IMG/VR virus record: IMGVR_UViG_3300005466_000024 | Coordinates: 96,001-160,000 of that record | Reading direction: 5' to 3' (one strand) | Origin: a virus | Length of the DNA stretch: 64,000 bases | Shown here: positions 45,792 to 55,261 of the stretch, in pieces | Layout of the letters: every line of letters begins with the position of its first letter | Numbering within the stretch: position 1 is the stretch's first letter | Notes under the pieces: generated by a model | What the model was told of the DNA's origin: nothing | Databases searched by the model: none | The model's input: only the letters and a program-made list of their open reading frames with translations | Program-made: the position numbers and the translations under genes

Positions 45792-46014
45792 TGTTCCGAT
45801 GAGAACTCCTGCTAGTCTGCTCCCGTCGGTACCTGACCATCGATGCCCGCGTTGGAAACGAGCCGGACTGGAATCGATATCGCAGCGGTAGCTCAATCGG
45901 TTAGAGCACCCGGACCGCACACACCGGGGGATGTCCGTTCGACTCGGACCTGCTGCCCGACCCTGAATCGTGAGCAGTCTTGTAGGCCAACACTCGGTGA
46001 ACTCATCGGTGACA
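45792..46014 (+). ncRNA. Putative permuted Y RNA: Ro-binding domain (45826..45877) fused to a tRNA-like domain inside long outer stems
   Basis: ATCGATGCCC then GAGCCGGAC with the array's spacing; second stem GGAATCGA/TCGGTACC; outer stems 45808-22/45972-86 and 45796-803/46002-09. Confidence 0.65.
45882..45957 (+). tRNA. tRNA-like cloverleaf with a non-canonical 10-nt anticodon loop; no encoded CCA
   Basis: Acceptor GCAGCGG/CTGCTGC, D arm GCTC/GAGC, stem CCCGG/CCGGG with loop ACCGCACACA, T arm GTCCG-TTCGACT-CGGAC. Confidence 0.75.
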
Positions 46015-46040
46015 GAGACTGACAGGAGCAAACTGAACCC

Positions 46041-46313
46041 ATGCGAATCGTACGCCGAGGCCGAGATGTGTTCGGCCAATCCACGCCCAAGGATCAGTGG
46101 CGCTTCCTACGCGTGGCCGACGAGAGGGACGATCAGAACCTTGCCGACGATGAGCCCGTCGATATTGACCTGTGTACGTGTACGCACATGGTTTCCACGC
46201 ATACGCAGGACGAAGCCGCGTGCGATGCGCTAATAGTGACAAAGCCACCATTCGGCTATCGCGAGCAGTGGCGCTCGTGCCCGTGTACCGCATTCTCGCC
46301 GGTCGCGGGTTGA
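46041..46313 (+). CDS. Cys/His hypothetical protein
   Basis: CAGGAG upstream; CTCTH...H...C...CPC. Confidence 0.55.
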   Translation: MRIVRRGRDVFGQSTPKDQWRFLRVADERDDQNLADDEPVDIDLCTCTHMVSTHTQDEAACDALIVTKPPFGYREQWRSCPCTAFSPVAG

Positions 46314-46330
46314 CGCAACAGCGGTTTCCT

Positions 46331-46615
46331 TCATCGGTTACTTTGACGTGGGATCCGCCATGGATTGCGTTCTATGGCATCATCGAGCTTTCGCAGCTTC
46401 CACGCCCTCTCGGCTGCCAGCCACTTACGAACCTGACTGCGCTTCCATGCGCCCTCGGCCCTCAACCATCTGAGCACCCGGCGCCTGTTCCTGAACCACA
46501 CGATCCGTCTACCCACTAAATAGCCAAAGCCCCAACCAATGGCGGTCAGGGCTGTAGCGGCGGTGAAGCTTGCGATGTCGTTGGCGGCCCAATACCCGAA
46601 TGCCATGAAGTTCAT
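46331..46615 (-). CDS. Membrane protein, lower GC
   Basis: TM helix followed by an Arg/Trp-rich tail. Confidence 0.5.
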   Translation of the reverse strand: MNFMAFGYWAANDIASFTAATALTAIGWGFGYLVGRRIVWFRNRRRVLRWLRAEGAWKRSQVRKWLAAERAWKLRKLDDAIERNPWRIPRQSNR

Positions 46616-46714
46616 CAGAACATCTGCTTAAGCGTCTGAAGTAGTCGTTCCACCGCCTCGCGCCACAGCTCATGCGCGATAATCCTGGCGAACCGTGCGT
46701 TGACGGCCCGTTGG

Positions 46715-46957
46715 TCAGTCATCACGGTCCTGTCCGTTTATCGGATCGCGTCGGTGCAATTCGCCATTCACGGCGTCCATCTCGGCTTCGGTCATCGCGT
46801 AGCGCCGCGCACGGGCAGCCGTGGTGCGTCCGCGCGGCGTGTGCACGCTGGCCATGTTGGTACGCACGTAGGCCAGCGCCGCATCGGCCCCCTCGTCCTC
46901 CCATTTGGCCAGCACCTCACATAGTGCGTCCTGGTAGCCCTCGACGTACTTGCTCAT
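46715..46957 (-). CDS. Hypothetical protein
   Basis: GAGGAG RBS; downstream of motif copy 7. Confidence 0.55.
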   Translation of the reverse strand: MSKYVEGYQDALCEVLAKWEDEGADAALAYVRTNMASVHTPRGRTTAARARRYAMTEAEMDAVNGELHRRDPINGQDRDD

Positions 46958-46991
46958 GTCGAACTCCTCGGCGGTCCGCGGTGATCCTTCT

Positions 46992-47009
46992 ACTATAGCA
47001 GCACTACAG
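46992..47009 (-). promoter_or_regulatory. TATAG motif, copy 7
   Basis: CTGTAGTGCTGCTATAGT. Confidence 0.6.
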
Positions 47010-47262
47010 GATAGCTGGTGTATTCCCGACCGCTTGACGTACACCGGGTTCGGTGTACGTCGTCGCGCTGGTCAGCGGCGGGGTGTCACCGGCCTGAACG
47101 GGCCCCACACCCATGCGATCGACCAGTCCCATGGGTGGCCCACCTCGACCTCGTCGAGGTCGAGGGCCTGGCCACGACCGTTCTCGAAGTACCACAGATC
47201 GCCGTCCTTGTCGCGGTGAAAGCCATCGACGGGGCGTTTGAGTGGGGGCAGCTCATTTCGAT

Positions 47263-47535
47263 TCATGAATACATCTCGGGGTATTTGTCTGGCGGGAAAA
47301 GGATGCGCTTGCCCTCTTCGATGCGCTGTTTGCGGGCGTGGCCGCGGGGGATGGCGAGGCCGCGCCTCGCGCACGCTTCCTCGACACCACCAATGCGGTA
47401 CTCCAGGAGGTGGGTCAGGTCCACCGTGACGCTGTCGTGACGGTCGCTGTCACGGCGTAGTTGGTAGACCCACCGACCCAATAGCACTATGGTCACGGCC
47501 TGGATCAGCTGTGTCGTCGCCAGCAGGATGATCAT
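47263..47535 (-). CDS. Small membrane protein
   Basis: N-terminal hydrophobic helix. Confidence 0.5.
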   Translation of the reverse strand: MIILLATTQLIQAVTIVLLGRWVYQLRRDSDRHDSVTVDLTHLLEYRIGGVEEACARRGLAIPRGHARKQRIEEGKRILFPPDKYPEMYS

Positions 47536-47544
47536 GGCACCTCA

Positions 47545-47862
47545 TCACTGGGATGGGTCATTCGGGACTCCATCGTGGGCCGTGCGGGCGCTGGCCAGCA
47601 TGGCGCGCACCGCGGGCCGCAGTGTCTGTCCGATGGGCAGACGCGACAGACGGCGCAGGGTGTCGGTGAGGTTTCGGCAGTGCGGGGCCCGGCAGCTGCA
47701 GGCCCACGCCCCGTCGGTGCGCCGCTGCGCCACCGTGTGGGTTTCCCGTGGTGATGCCGTCGACCTGGTGGTGAAGCGGTGGATCCACTCGTTGTTGTCG
47801 GGGATCAAGCCGCTGCCGATTTGCGCGGCGATCCTGGCGACCTGCGCTCCATCCTCGTTCAT
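47545..47862 (-). CDS. SWIM-like Zn-finger protein
   Basis: H.VAQR...W.CSC...CRN; AGGAGG RBS. Confidence 0.5.
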   Translation of the reverse strand: MNEDGAQVARIAAQIGSGLIPDNNEWIHRFTTRSTASPRETHTVAQRRTDGAWACSCRAPHCRNLTDTLRRLSRLPIGQTLRPAVRAMLASARTAHDGVPNDPSQ

Positions 47863-47871
47863 CGTGGCCTC

Positions 47872-47889
47872 CTGTAGTGATGATACAGC
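47872..47889. promoter_or_regulatory. TATAG-like motif, variant copy
   Basis: CTGTAGTGATGATACAGC, overlapping the RBS region of 47545..47862. Confidence 0.4.
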
Positions 47890-48103
47890 AGACCACCGGC
47901 AGGTCAGGAGGAACACACCAGCAGTGCGTGCGGGTGCTTGCAGTCGCACGTGATCCGTTCGGTGCGCATGTCGCACTCGTGATCCCAGGTCGAGTCCCCG
48001 CACTGCGGGTCCGAACAGGGAACATCCCGCAGGTCGACGTGCAGACAGCCCTCGGCGTTGTGCTGGTAGATGCGGTGCGCACACCACGGGCAGAAGTTCC
48101 ACC

Positions 48104-48355
48104 TCAAAGCAGACCACCCGCCTCCCACTCGTTCTGCAGTCGCAGCAGGGTGCGGGCGGCATCCACTATCCGCCCCTCATTGCTCATCGTCAACGCGTAG
48201 GTCAAGCCCATCAGGAACCCGGTCGCGAACCCGGCCTTGTCGTTCTCGGATAGATCGTCGGCGGTCAGGATCAGTTGCACCCCGGCCAGCATCTCGTCAC
48301 CGCAGTTCGGCCCCTCCGGCTCCTTGGCCAACGCGATCAGGTCGTCGAAGTTCAC
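48104..48355 (-). CDS. Hypothetical protein
   Basis: GC3-rich ORF. Confidence 0.5.
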   Translation of the reverse strand: MNFDDLIALAKEPEGPNCGDEMLAGVQLILTADDLSENDKAGFATGFLMGLTYALTMSNEGRIVDAARTLLRLQNEWEAGGLL

Positions 48356-48554
48356 TCGGGATCCACTCGAACCACCCGATCCTCACCCACCCAGCCCGTT
48401 ACCCAGGTGGGTATTCCTGTCGACCCATTTGCGCAAACGATGCCCTGCTTTGTGGAGCAGGTAGATTGCGTGCGCGTAGGCAATGGCAAGGCCGATTGCC
48501 ATACCGGTCGTGAATGTCCAGTTCATCACCGTGTCCTTCGCTCGGAAAATCCCA

Positions 48555-49136
48555 TCAGCGAATGAACACGAAGGCGACGTTGACGATGAACGCGAGGACC
48601 GCGAGGGCACCACAACTGAGCAGGGCCAGCGCACGGCGCTTGGGCGCAGGGATGACCTCGACGGGGTCCAGCACGGGTTTCGGGATCACCGCCAGTTCCT
48701 TGGACGGCTCGGCTTCCCCGCGGGGTTCGGGCTCGTTGTGCGTTACCGTCGGATCGGTGCGGGCGAGGATCCGGTTCCCGAGCTCCATCATCAGCGCATC
48801 CAGATCCATCGTCAGCGCATCGCGGTAGTAGTCGCCACCACGGTGGCTGTCGAAGAACATGCTGCGGCTGGGGCTGCAGTAGCAGTAGCTGCCCGGATAA
48901 TCCTCGCCGAAGGGGTTGCTGTACGGGTCGGTGTACATCCGTATCCGGCGCACGTGGATCATCCCGTAGATGCGCTCAGTCTCGTCCATGGCGGCCCGGA
49001 AGTCCTCCATGGTGGGACGGAGCACGGGGCCGGGGCGCAGGATCAGTGCGTCGTTGGGGCGTGCCTCGTTGAGTTGATCGGTCATGATGGCCCTTTCAGG
49101 AGATGGAATATGGTCGAACTTACCTGTCGCGCTCAT
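48555..49136 (-). CDS. Protein with C-terminal TM anchor
   Basis: Hydrophobic C-terminus; start uncertain. Confidence 0.5.
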   Translation of the reverse strand: MSATGKFDHIPSPERAIMTDQLNEARPNDALILRPGPVLRPTMEDFRAAMDETERIYGMIHVRRIRMYTDPYSNPFGEDYPGSYCYCSPSRSMFFDSHRGGDYYRDALTMDLDALMMELGNRILARTDPTVTHNEPEPRGEAEPSKELAVIPKPVLDPVEVIPAPKRRALALLSCGALAVLAFIVNVAFVFIR

Positions 49137-50456
49137 CTTTTGGTGCCAAAGTAATGTCCATATCGGAGGTGGCGAATACTGCTTTGAGGTCCGCTAATGC
49201 CATACCCTCCAACGAGGTCCAGCAGGAGCATAGTTGCTTCGCGGAACAGGTTTCCCCGCAGTCTTCGCATTGCCACGGTGGGCAGTTTCCGCAGTGCTGG
49301 GGCGGGGTTGTACAGCTGGGGGTGCAGGAGTCGGACCGGCCGGTGCAGCCCGGTTGGCTGCACCCGGCCGCTGCCCCACAGCTCAGGCATCTAGTCATGG
49401 TTCGCGTCGGCGCCGTTCCGTGCCGCCGCGACTGATGCAATTCGGATTGCGGCACTTACGGCCAACGACCGCACGCTTGAGGTGCTCGAACGCCTTGTCG
49501 GTTTGAGGTATGTCACCGGTGAGCTGAACACCGCAGTGACGGCAGTGAACGGTCCAGCGCGCGACCTCGCGGAGCTCGTAGTCACCGCCCAACGCACGAT
49601 TCTTGAGGACTTCGTCCATGATCTCGTCAAAGGTTTTCACGTTAGGTACCGATTGGTTCTGGTCTCGCGCCGGACCCGCGTTAGTGCGCGGCTGATCTGG
49701 TCGGCGTGCTTGATGATGTCGGCATCGGTATGACTGTGGAAGTACAACCGGTCCATCGCCTCCCATGCGTCGCCGATAGCGTTGCTGATCCGTTTCACGT
49801 TGTCGCCGTCCACCCAGCACTGACCACTAGTCATTCCACTCCTCCAGGGCGCACAGCTTGCGCAGAGCGGCGCCATGACCCTCCAGCGCTTCCTCCTCGG
49901 TGTGGTAGCGCTCACCGAAGATCTCGCGAGGCTTCGGACCGAACACCATGGTCTCGAAGATCACCGGAGCGCCGTCACCGAAGGCGTGGTCGAGGCCGAG
50001 CCAAACCGTCGACACCAGGACTGGGACATCCTTGACGACCATCGGATCCTGGGCCAGAACGACGTAGTTGCGGTTCTTGTGAAGCTCACCCCAGATCATG
50101 AGGGAGATCGGATTCCCCAACCGGTCGTAATACCCCGGCGCGTAGTTCATGTCATCGGGAATGGCCATCGACCTGGTCCGCGCGGTGTGTCTCCAGTCCC
50201 GAGATCGGTTCTTGTAGAACGGTGTCGTAGTGCCAGCCGCAGTCCCAGCAGTCGGCACGATAGTCGAAGACCAGCACCAGTTTCTGATCCTTGGCCAGCA
50301 GGTAGTAGTCGATGTTCTCGCGCACGCTGCGGTCGTAGCCGCATTTCTCGGCGAGGTGGTCGATGACGCCTGAGGGCACCAGCGAGTACTGGTTGGGGCC
50401 GGTGTAGTCCAGCACGTCCGGGTGGCATTTCGGGCAAACCGTGCGACTGTCGGCGC

Positions 50457-50840
50457 TCACAGCTTCTCCCAACTGAACGGGTCGCCACCGAACTCGGGGT
50501 TCTCCTGCTGGGCCTGCTCGTACCTCAGCCGCCAGGTGCCGCCGACCGGGTGCCATTGGTGGTCCGAGTAGATCTGCCCGTCGTTGATCTGCGCCCGCAC
50601 CACGGCGTGGATCGGGCAGTCGAGCAGCTCGCTGTCGATGCGTTCGCGCAGCGGGTGCTTGACGTTGAATGTCTCGGCGCCCTCATCGAACCGCACGATG
50701 TGCTCGATCTCGTTGTCCAGCAGCACATAGGCCACGCCGTCCGGGTTGGGACAGTCCGGGTTGGTGCACCGCAGGAACGCGTCGGGGCCGACCTCGGGGT
50801 CGGGGTGGCCGCACCAGGGGCAGTAGCCTTTGATCTTCAT
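50457..50840 (-). CDS. Zn-finger hypothetical protein
   Basis: CPWCG...C.NPDCP. Confidence 0.6.
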   Translation of the reverse strand: MKIKGYCPWCGHPDPEVGPDAFLRCTNPDCPNPDGVAYVLLDNEIEHIVRFDEGAETFNVKHPLRERIDSELLDCPIHAVVRAQINDGQIYSDHQWHPVGGTWRLRYEQAQQENPEFGGDPFSWEKL

Positions 50841-50846
50841 CGCTGG

Positions 50847-51239
50847 TTAGTCCACGACACCCCAGCCGGCGCCCGGCCACGACGGCTTCGCCGGGTACGA
50901 CGCGACGGGAAGGTTGTGCTGCGTCGGCATGTTGTTGTGCGGAGTGTCGGTCGAGTAGTCGATGGTGAAGACCGAGGATCCCAGCGTCCCCTCGTTGTCG
51001 GCGGGTTCCAGATCCTGGCCGCGCTGCTGACCGATGTCCTCGGCACCCTCGGCGTCACCGGCCGACCAACATGCTTTCGCGTTCGGTGCGAAACCGCCCC
51101 CGGCCGTCCCGCAGTTCCACGTCACGCTCGTGTCGCCGATCTCGTGACCGTCGGCTGCCGCGATCCCCGCACCCATCAGTACGGCCGCACTCCACGCGGC
51201 CGTGATTACTACCGCTACCTGCCCGAATTTCCTCATCAT
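50847..51239 (-). CDS. Small secreted protein
   Basis: Signal peptide ending AAA-D; two Cys. Confidence 0.6.
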   Translation of the reverse strand: MMRKFGQVAVVITAAWSAAVLMGAGIAAADGHEIGDTSVTWNCGTAGGGFAPNAKACWSAGDAEGAEDIGQQRGQDLEPADNEGTLGSSVFTIDYSTDTPHNNMPTQHNLPVASYPAKPSWPGAGWGVVD

Positions 51240-51637
51240 TTCCTCCAGTGTTCCAAGGCCTCGGCCGAGACCTGGTTGAAACGGTCCAGCGATTCCTGAT
51301 GCCGTGCTTCAGGACTCAGGCGCATCCGGCGGATGCGCTCGTCACGCTGCTCGGTGGCGATCGGGATGCCGGCACGGGTCAGGGAAGTCTGCAGATCCTT
51401 GATGTCGCCGTCGAGTCTCTGGGTGATTTCGTAGGTGGCGAGCCGCACGATGATCAGCTGGACACACAGCTTCTGGATGCGTCTGGCCAGCACGATGACG
51501 CAGCCTGTCAGGATCGATACCCCGATAGCCATAGCCAGGACGACAACGACGGGGTCGATACCACCGGGCGGATTGGCCAGACTCTGCACCAGTTCGTGCT
51601 GTTGCGCCAGATCGACGGTGCGTTGGTCGAGTGCCAT
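51236..51637 (-). CDS. Membrane protein, probably leaderless
   Basis: TM helix; ATG 5 nt after the TATAGT of motif copy 8. Confidence 0.6.
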   Translation of the reverse strand: MALDQRTVDLAQQHELVQSLANPPGGIDPVVVVLAMAIGVSILTGCVIVLARRIQKLCVQLIIVRLATYEITQRLDGDIKDLQTSLTRAGIPIATEQRDERIRRMRLSPEARHQESLDRFNQVSAEALEHWRK

Positions 51638-51642
51638 GACTC

Positions 51643-51660
51643 ACTATATCACGACTATGG
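51643..51660 (-). promoter_or_regulatory. TATAG motif, copy 8
   Basis: CCATAGTCGTGATATAGT. Confidence 0.6.
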
Positions 51661-51842
51661 GACATCCAACACTGCTGGCGTGACGTAATGGTCGTCGCAC
51701 ATGTTGCCCTCCTCGGTGAAGTGGGTGGCCCGCCGGTGGATGCCGGCGTCACGACACACTGCGCAGCTCTCGGCGTACCGGCGGGCCAGATCCCGCCGGT
51801 ACCTGTCCGCCTTGGGGCCGAGCGGGCAGCGGCAGTAGCGGC

Positions 51843-52661
51843 TCACCCCCGCTCTTCCCACCATTGCCGGTAGATGTGCACCAGGAGGGTGTTGATCTTT
51901 TCGTAGTCGGGGAACGCGGGCAATGGGGACTCACTGATCGCGGCGACCAGCTGGCGCTCCAGCGAGTCGATGTGGTGCACCGCCTGATCACGGTTCATCG
52001 ATCCTTCGCGCACCCCGATCAGGAATTGCCGGTCCTCCTCGATCATGGGCAGCGTGATCCGGCCGGTACGCATCAGTTCGGTTCCCTGCATGGCGATGCG
52101 CATGGCGTGGGACGCGAATTTCGTGTCGAGCCCGTACTGCTCCACCAGCTCGGGCCGGTTGGTGCGCTGGGACCGCTCACCCAGCAGGCGGGATCGTTGC
52201 CGGTTGAGGTATCCCAGGAAACGTTGGCCGTGCTCCCGGGCGATGAACAGGTGTGCCTGCTGCCGGATCTTCTTGCCCGGCCAGTCGATGTACTCGAGCT
52301 TGACCGTCGGGGTGAACAGCGGCAGCAGATGGGTCGGGTTGCCGTCCATGACCAGCCGCATCCACTTGCGGAGGGAGTAGATGTTGAGATCCAGGTCGCC
52401 GCGCCCGGACCGCACCCCGTTGGGTTTGCTGCGGTACTCGTAGAGCGAGAACCCCTCCAGGGAAGCCACCACCTCCAGCGGTTCCACGCACACCCCCTGC
52501 TGGTCACGGTCATCACCGCCGACCGCGATGCCGTGCAGGTTGCTGCCGGCCTCCGACAGCAGGATCAGGTTCTCGCTGGCGATCTTCCAGCAGCGTTCGT
52601 TGCTGTGCGGGGTGATCGTCAGTGAGCCCAGTGGCAGCCGGTATCCGGTGATCCCACTCAT
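51843..52661 (-). CDS. Pol-beta superfamily nucleotidyltransferase (RlaP-like)
   Basis: GSNLHG....DDRDQQGV, GDLD..IYSL.KW..L...GNP, DTKFASHA.R...QG. Confidence 0.8.
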   Translation of the reverse strand: MSGITGYRLPLGSLTITPHSNERCWKIASENLILLSEAGSNLHGIAVGGDDRDQQGVCVEPLEVVASLEGFSLYEYRSKPNGVRSGRGDLDLNIYSLRKWMRLVMDGNPTHLLPLFTPTVKLEYIDWPGKKIRQQAHLFIAREHGQRFLGYLNRQRSRLLGERSQRTNRPELVEQYGLDTKFASHAMRIAMQGTELMRTGRITLPMIEEDRQFLIGVREGSMNRDQAVHHIDSLERQLVAAISESPLPAFPDYEKINTLLVHIYRQWWEERG

Positions 52662-53221
52662 GGCCCTCCCATGACCACGTCGTACAGTGCCCGGGTCCAG
52701 AGGACGTCACCCATGGCGGTGTGGCGAGCATAGTCGTCGGGGTCGACGCCGAGCCGCCGCGACACGTCGTTGGAGTCCCACGGTGCGGTGACGATGATGC
52801 CCCGCCCGGCCAGCCAGCCGATGGCGCGGTTCTCCATCTCGATGAGGTGGTAGTGCCAGGGTTCCTCGAGTTCGTAGCGAGCCAGCAGCTGCCGGGTGAG
52901 ACGTTCGGTGTCGAACCAGGTGATGGCACCCACTACGTGGGTGCCCTTGATGATGTCGTGGATCATGGTGGCCGCCAGCCAGGGAGCGACGGCCCGGTCG
53001 GGCCGGTAGCGGGCCTCGTAGTCGCGCCGGAACTTCTCGGGCAACTCATCGACCCAGTGACCGGGATCGTGCTGGATCATGATCTCCACGATCGCGTCGG
53101 GGATGTGGGGGTCGGCGAAGCGCCGGATGGCGGCGAACTCCCAGATCGGGGCTGCTGGATCCCGGCCCAGGGTTTCGGTATCCATGAAGGTGAGGTCACT
53201 GACCTCGCTGCTGCTACTCAC
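52658..53221 (-). CDS. DEDDh 3'-5' exonuclease (Rv2179c/DnaQ-like)
   Basis: FMDTETLG (Exo I), WFDTE (Exo II), HTAMGD (Exo III). Confidence 0.8.
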   Translation of the reverse strand: MSSSSEVSDLTFMDTETLGRDPAAPIWEFAAIRRFADPHIPDAIVEIMIQHDPGHWVDELPEKFRRDYEARYRPDRAVAPWLAATMIHDIIKGTHVVGAITWFDTERLTRQLLARYELEEPWHYHLIEMENRAIGWLAGRGIIVTAPWDSNDVSRRLGVDPDDYARHTAMGDVLWTRALYDVVMGGP

Positions 53222-53460
53222 GACTCTCCTGTCCAACCACGCGGCACGGCCAGCGCGGTGCAGTCCGGGAACACGTCGACTTCGATGGAATCTCCGGGCT
53301 GCCAGTCGATCTCGGTGGCGATGCCCCACCGGTAGATGATCTTGCCGTCATCGTTGACCGAGGTGCCGTGGTATTCGAGTTCCACCGGGATGCGCTGGCC
53401 GTCGGGGTGTACGACGGACACTCCCTGCGGGGCGAGCAGTGGGATCGGGCCGTCGGTCAT
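53218..53460 (-). CDS. Hypothetical protein
   Basis: Paralog-like similarity to 43231..43443. Confidence 0.55.
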   Translation of the reverse strand: MTDGPIPLLAPQGVSVVHPDGQRIPVELEYHGTSVNDDGKIIYRWGIATEIDWQPGDSIEVDVFPDCTALAVPRGWTGES

Positions 53461-53472
53461 GCGGGCAGGACG

Positions 53473-53895
53473 TCAGTCATCGGGAACCCCCATCTTGCGT
53501 AACTCCTCGTCGGTCACGGGGTGTGCACGTTCGTGGTGCGTGGCCTGGCAGCCGCGCACCCATTTCTTGCCCTGCCGCGTCCACCGGCACAACCCGGCGT
53601 CGTCGCCGCCCAGGGTGATCGTCTTGCCGCAGTGGGTGCAGCGCCCGCCGGCGATCAGTTTGCGGGCCAGCGCCTCGACCGCCTCCACCGGACCGACGTG
53701 GTGTTCGGCGGCGATGCGTGTCCCATGGAACTGGGCGTACGCGTACCAGTTGGGTTCACCGACTGGCACGTCGTCATCGAGGTAGCCGATTTCGGTGCGG
53801 CGGGCCCCGGTACGGCCGATCACGTCGAGGGCGGCGTCCAGAGCGTCCTCATCGAGTTCCACTGGTCGCCCACCGTGGTCGATCGGCTCTTTCAT
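53473..53895 (-). CDS. Hypothetical protein with CTHC motif
   Basis: GC3-rich ORF. Confidence 0.55.
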   Translation of the reverse strand: MKEPIDHGGRPVELDEDALDAALDVIGRTGARRTEIGYLDDDVPVGEPNWYAYAQFHGTRIAAEHHVGPVEAVEALARKLIAGGRCTHCGKTITLGGDDAGLCRWTRQGKKWVRGCQATHHERAHPVTDEELRKMGVPDD

Positions 53896-54467
53896 GGGTT
53901 TCCCTTCACCCCCACCGGTTCCCGGGTCGGACATCCGCAGAGCAGCACGGGGTTCAGTGCCGTCACCCGGCCACACTCCCCGCGGTGCAGCCGCCACGCG
54001 TGGCGGCAATCGGGGCACCTTTGTGCGACGGGGAGGGAGGCCTCCAGCGCCGCTAGGAAACCCAGCGCCGCCACCCGATCCCCGGTCACATCGACTCCTC
54101 CGGGGTGTTCTCCTCCGGGTCGATGCCCATCACTTCACAGATGCAGCCCTGGCCGGTCCAGTACGTGCACAGCTCGGCTCGGCAGTTCCTGCTCACAGCT
54201 CACCTCCACGCCGACTCCGCATTGGTCGGTCCGAGATACCTTTCGAGAACCGCATGCGCCTCCTCCTCGTTGCATGGCTGCCAGTCGCCAGTGAAGATGA
54301 CGCTCGCTGTCAGGTTGGGCCTCTCGGCCCAACCACCCGTGCGGAACTGGAAGGTCTCCGCCTTGGCGTGGAGGAGCGCGGCGCAATCATCGAGCCGGAC
54401 ATCAGTATGGACGCGAATGACGCGGTGACCGTCGGTGAAGAATCGCATGACCTTCTTGCTCCTTTCG

Positions 54468-54845
54468 CTATAGCGCTGATCCAACTCGCAGCACCTCGAG
54501 CAGGTGGTCGACGGTGAAGGGTTTCTCACCGCGACGCGCGCAGTGGCACACGATCTCGCCGAACGCCATGAGGATTTCCGGGTAGTGCCGGCTCATGGCG
54601 GCGCGGATCTGGTCCTCGGTGAAGCTGGCGGCACCCGCTGTGTAGGCGTGACAGTTCCCGCAGTAACCTGCCTTGATATCGTTTTCGTTGTAGCTGGTGC
54701 GGTGACATACCGGGCAGGTGATCTTGCGGACGCCCGGGTTCTTCGGTGGTTTCCCACTGGGGCAGCCGTACTCGCGGCCGTCCCAGCACCACTCGTGTGG
54801 TTTCGGTTTCCGGCAGCCGCTGCACAGTTCGATGGTCGCAGCCAT
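54468..54845 (-). CDS. Cys-rich hypothetical protein
   Basis: CPVC...SYNEND...GYCGNCH. Confidence 0.55.
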   Translation of the reverse strand: MAATIELCSGCRKPKPHEWCWDGREYGCPSGKPPKNPGVRKITCPVCHRTSYNENDIKAGYCGNCHAYTAGAASFTEDQIRAAMSRHYPEILMAFGEIVCHCARRGEKPFTVDHLLEVLRVGSAL

Positions 54846-54883
54846 GCCCTTCCCTCCCGCGACGTGACTGTGGCGCTACTGTA

Positions 54884-55261
54884 TCATCGTTCTCCGATTT
54901 CCTCGGCGAGCACGTCGGCAGGGATGTAGGTGCGCAGGTGCTTGGGGATCGCCTCGATACGGCGCAGCGCTTCGGGGGTGCCGCGGATGTCGACGGCCGG
55001 GCCGATAGGGGCCTGCTCGGCCGCGGTGAGGCGGCGACGCAGGTGGTAGGCGTAGCCGCTCCATTCGCGCCATTCCCCGAGCGTCGGGTCACCCAGCCCG
55101 GCCAGGGCCTGCTCGGCGCGTTGCCTGCACAGGGTGGCCCCGTAGAACGGCCGCAAAGGGTGTACCGATACGTGCCACACCGGCCCGGGTGGCAGCACCC
55201 CTACGGGTGGGCCGGCGACCTGCTCCCCGAACGCTATCGACGCCGGACGACCGCCCGACAT
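54884..55261 (-). CDS. Hypothetical protein
   Basis: WHVSV...G+G.P..GEW.E...H.RRRL. Confidence 0.55.
   Translation of the reverse strand: MSGGRPASIAFGEQVAGPPVGVLPPGPVWHVSVHPLRPFYGATLCRQRAEQALAGLGDPTLGEWREWSGYAYHLRRRLTAAEQAPIGPAVDIRGTPEALRRIEAIPKHLRTYIPADVLAEEIGER

Noticed and set aside
45825-45961. GTCGG/CCGAC pairing as the closing helix of the tRNA-like RNA
   Set aside because: Competes with the longer second Y stem, which matches the array geometry; kept only as a minor alternative
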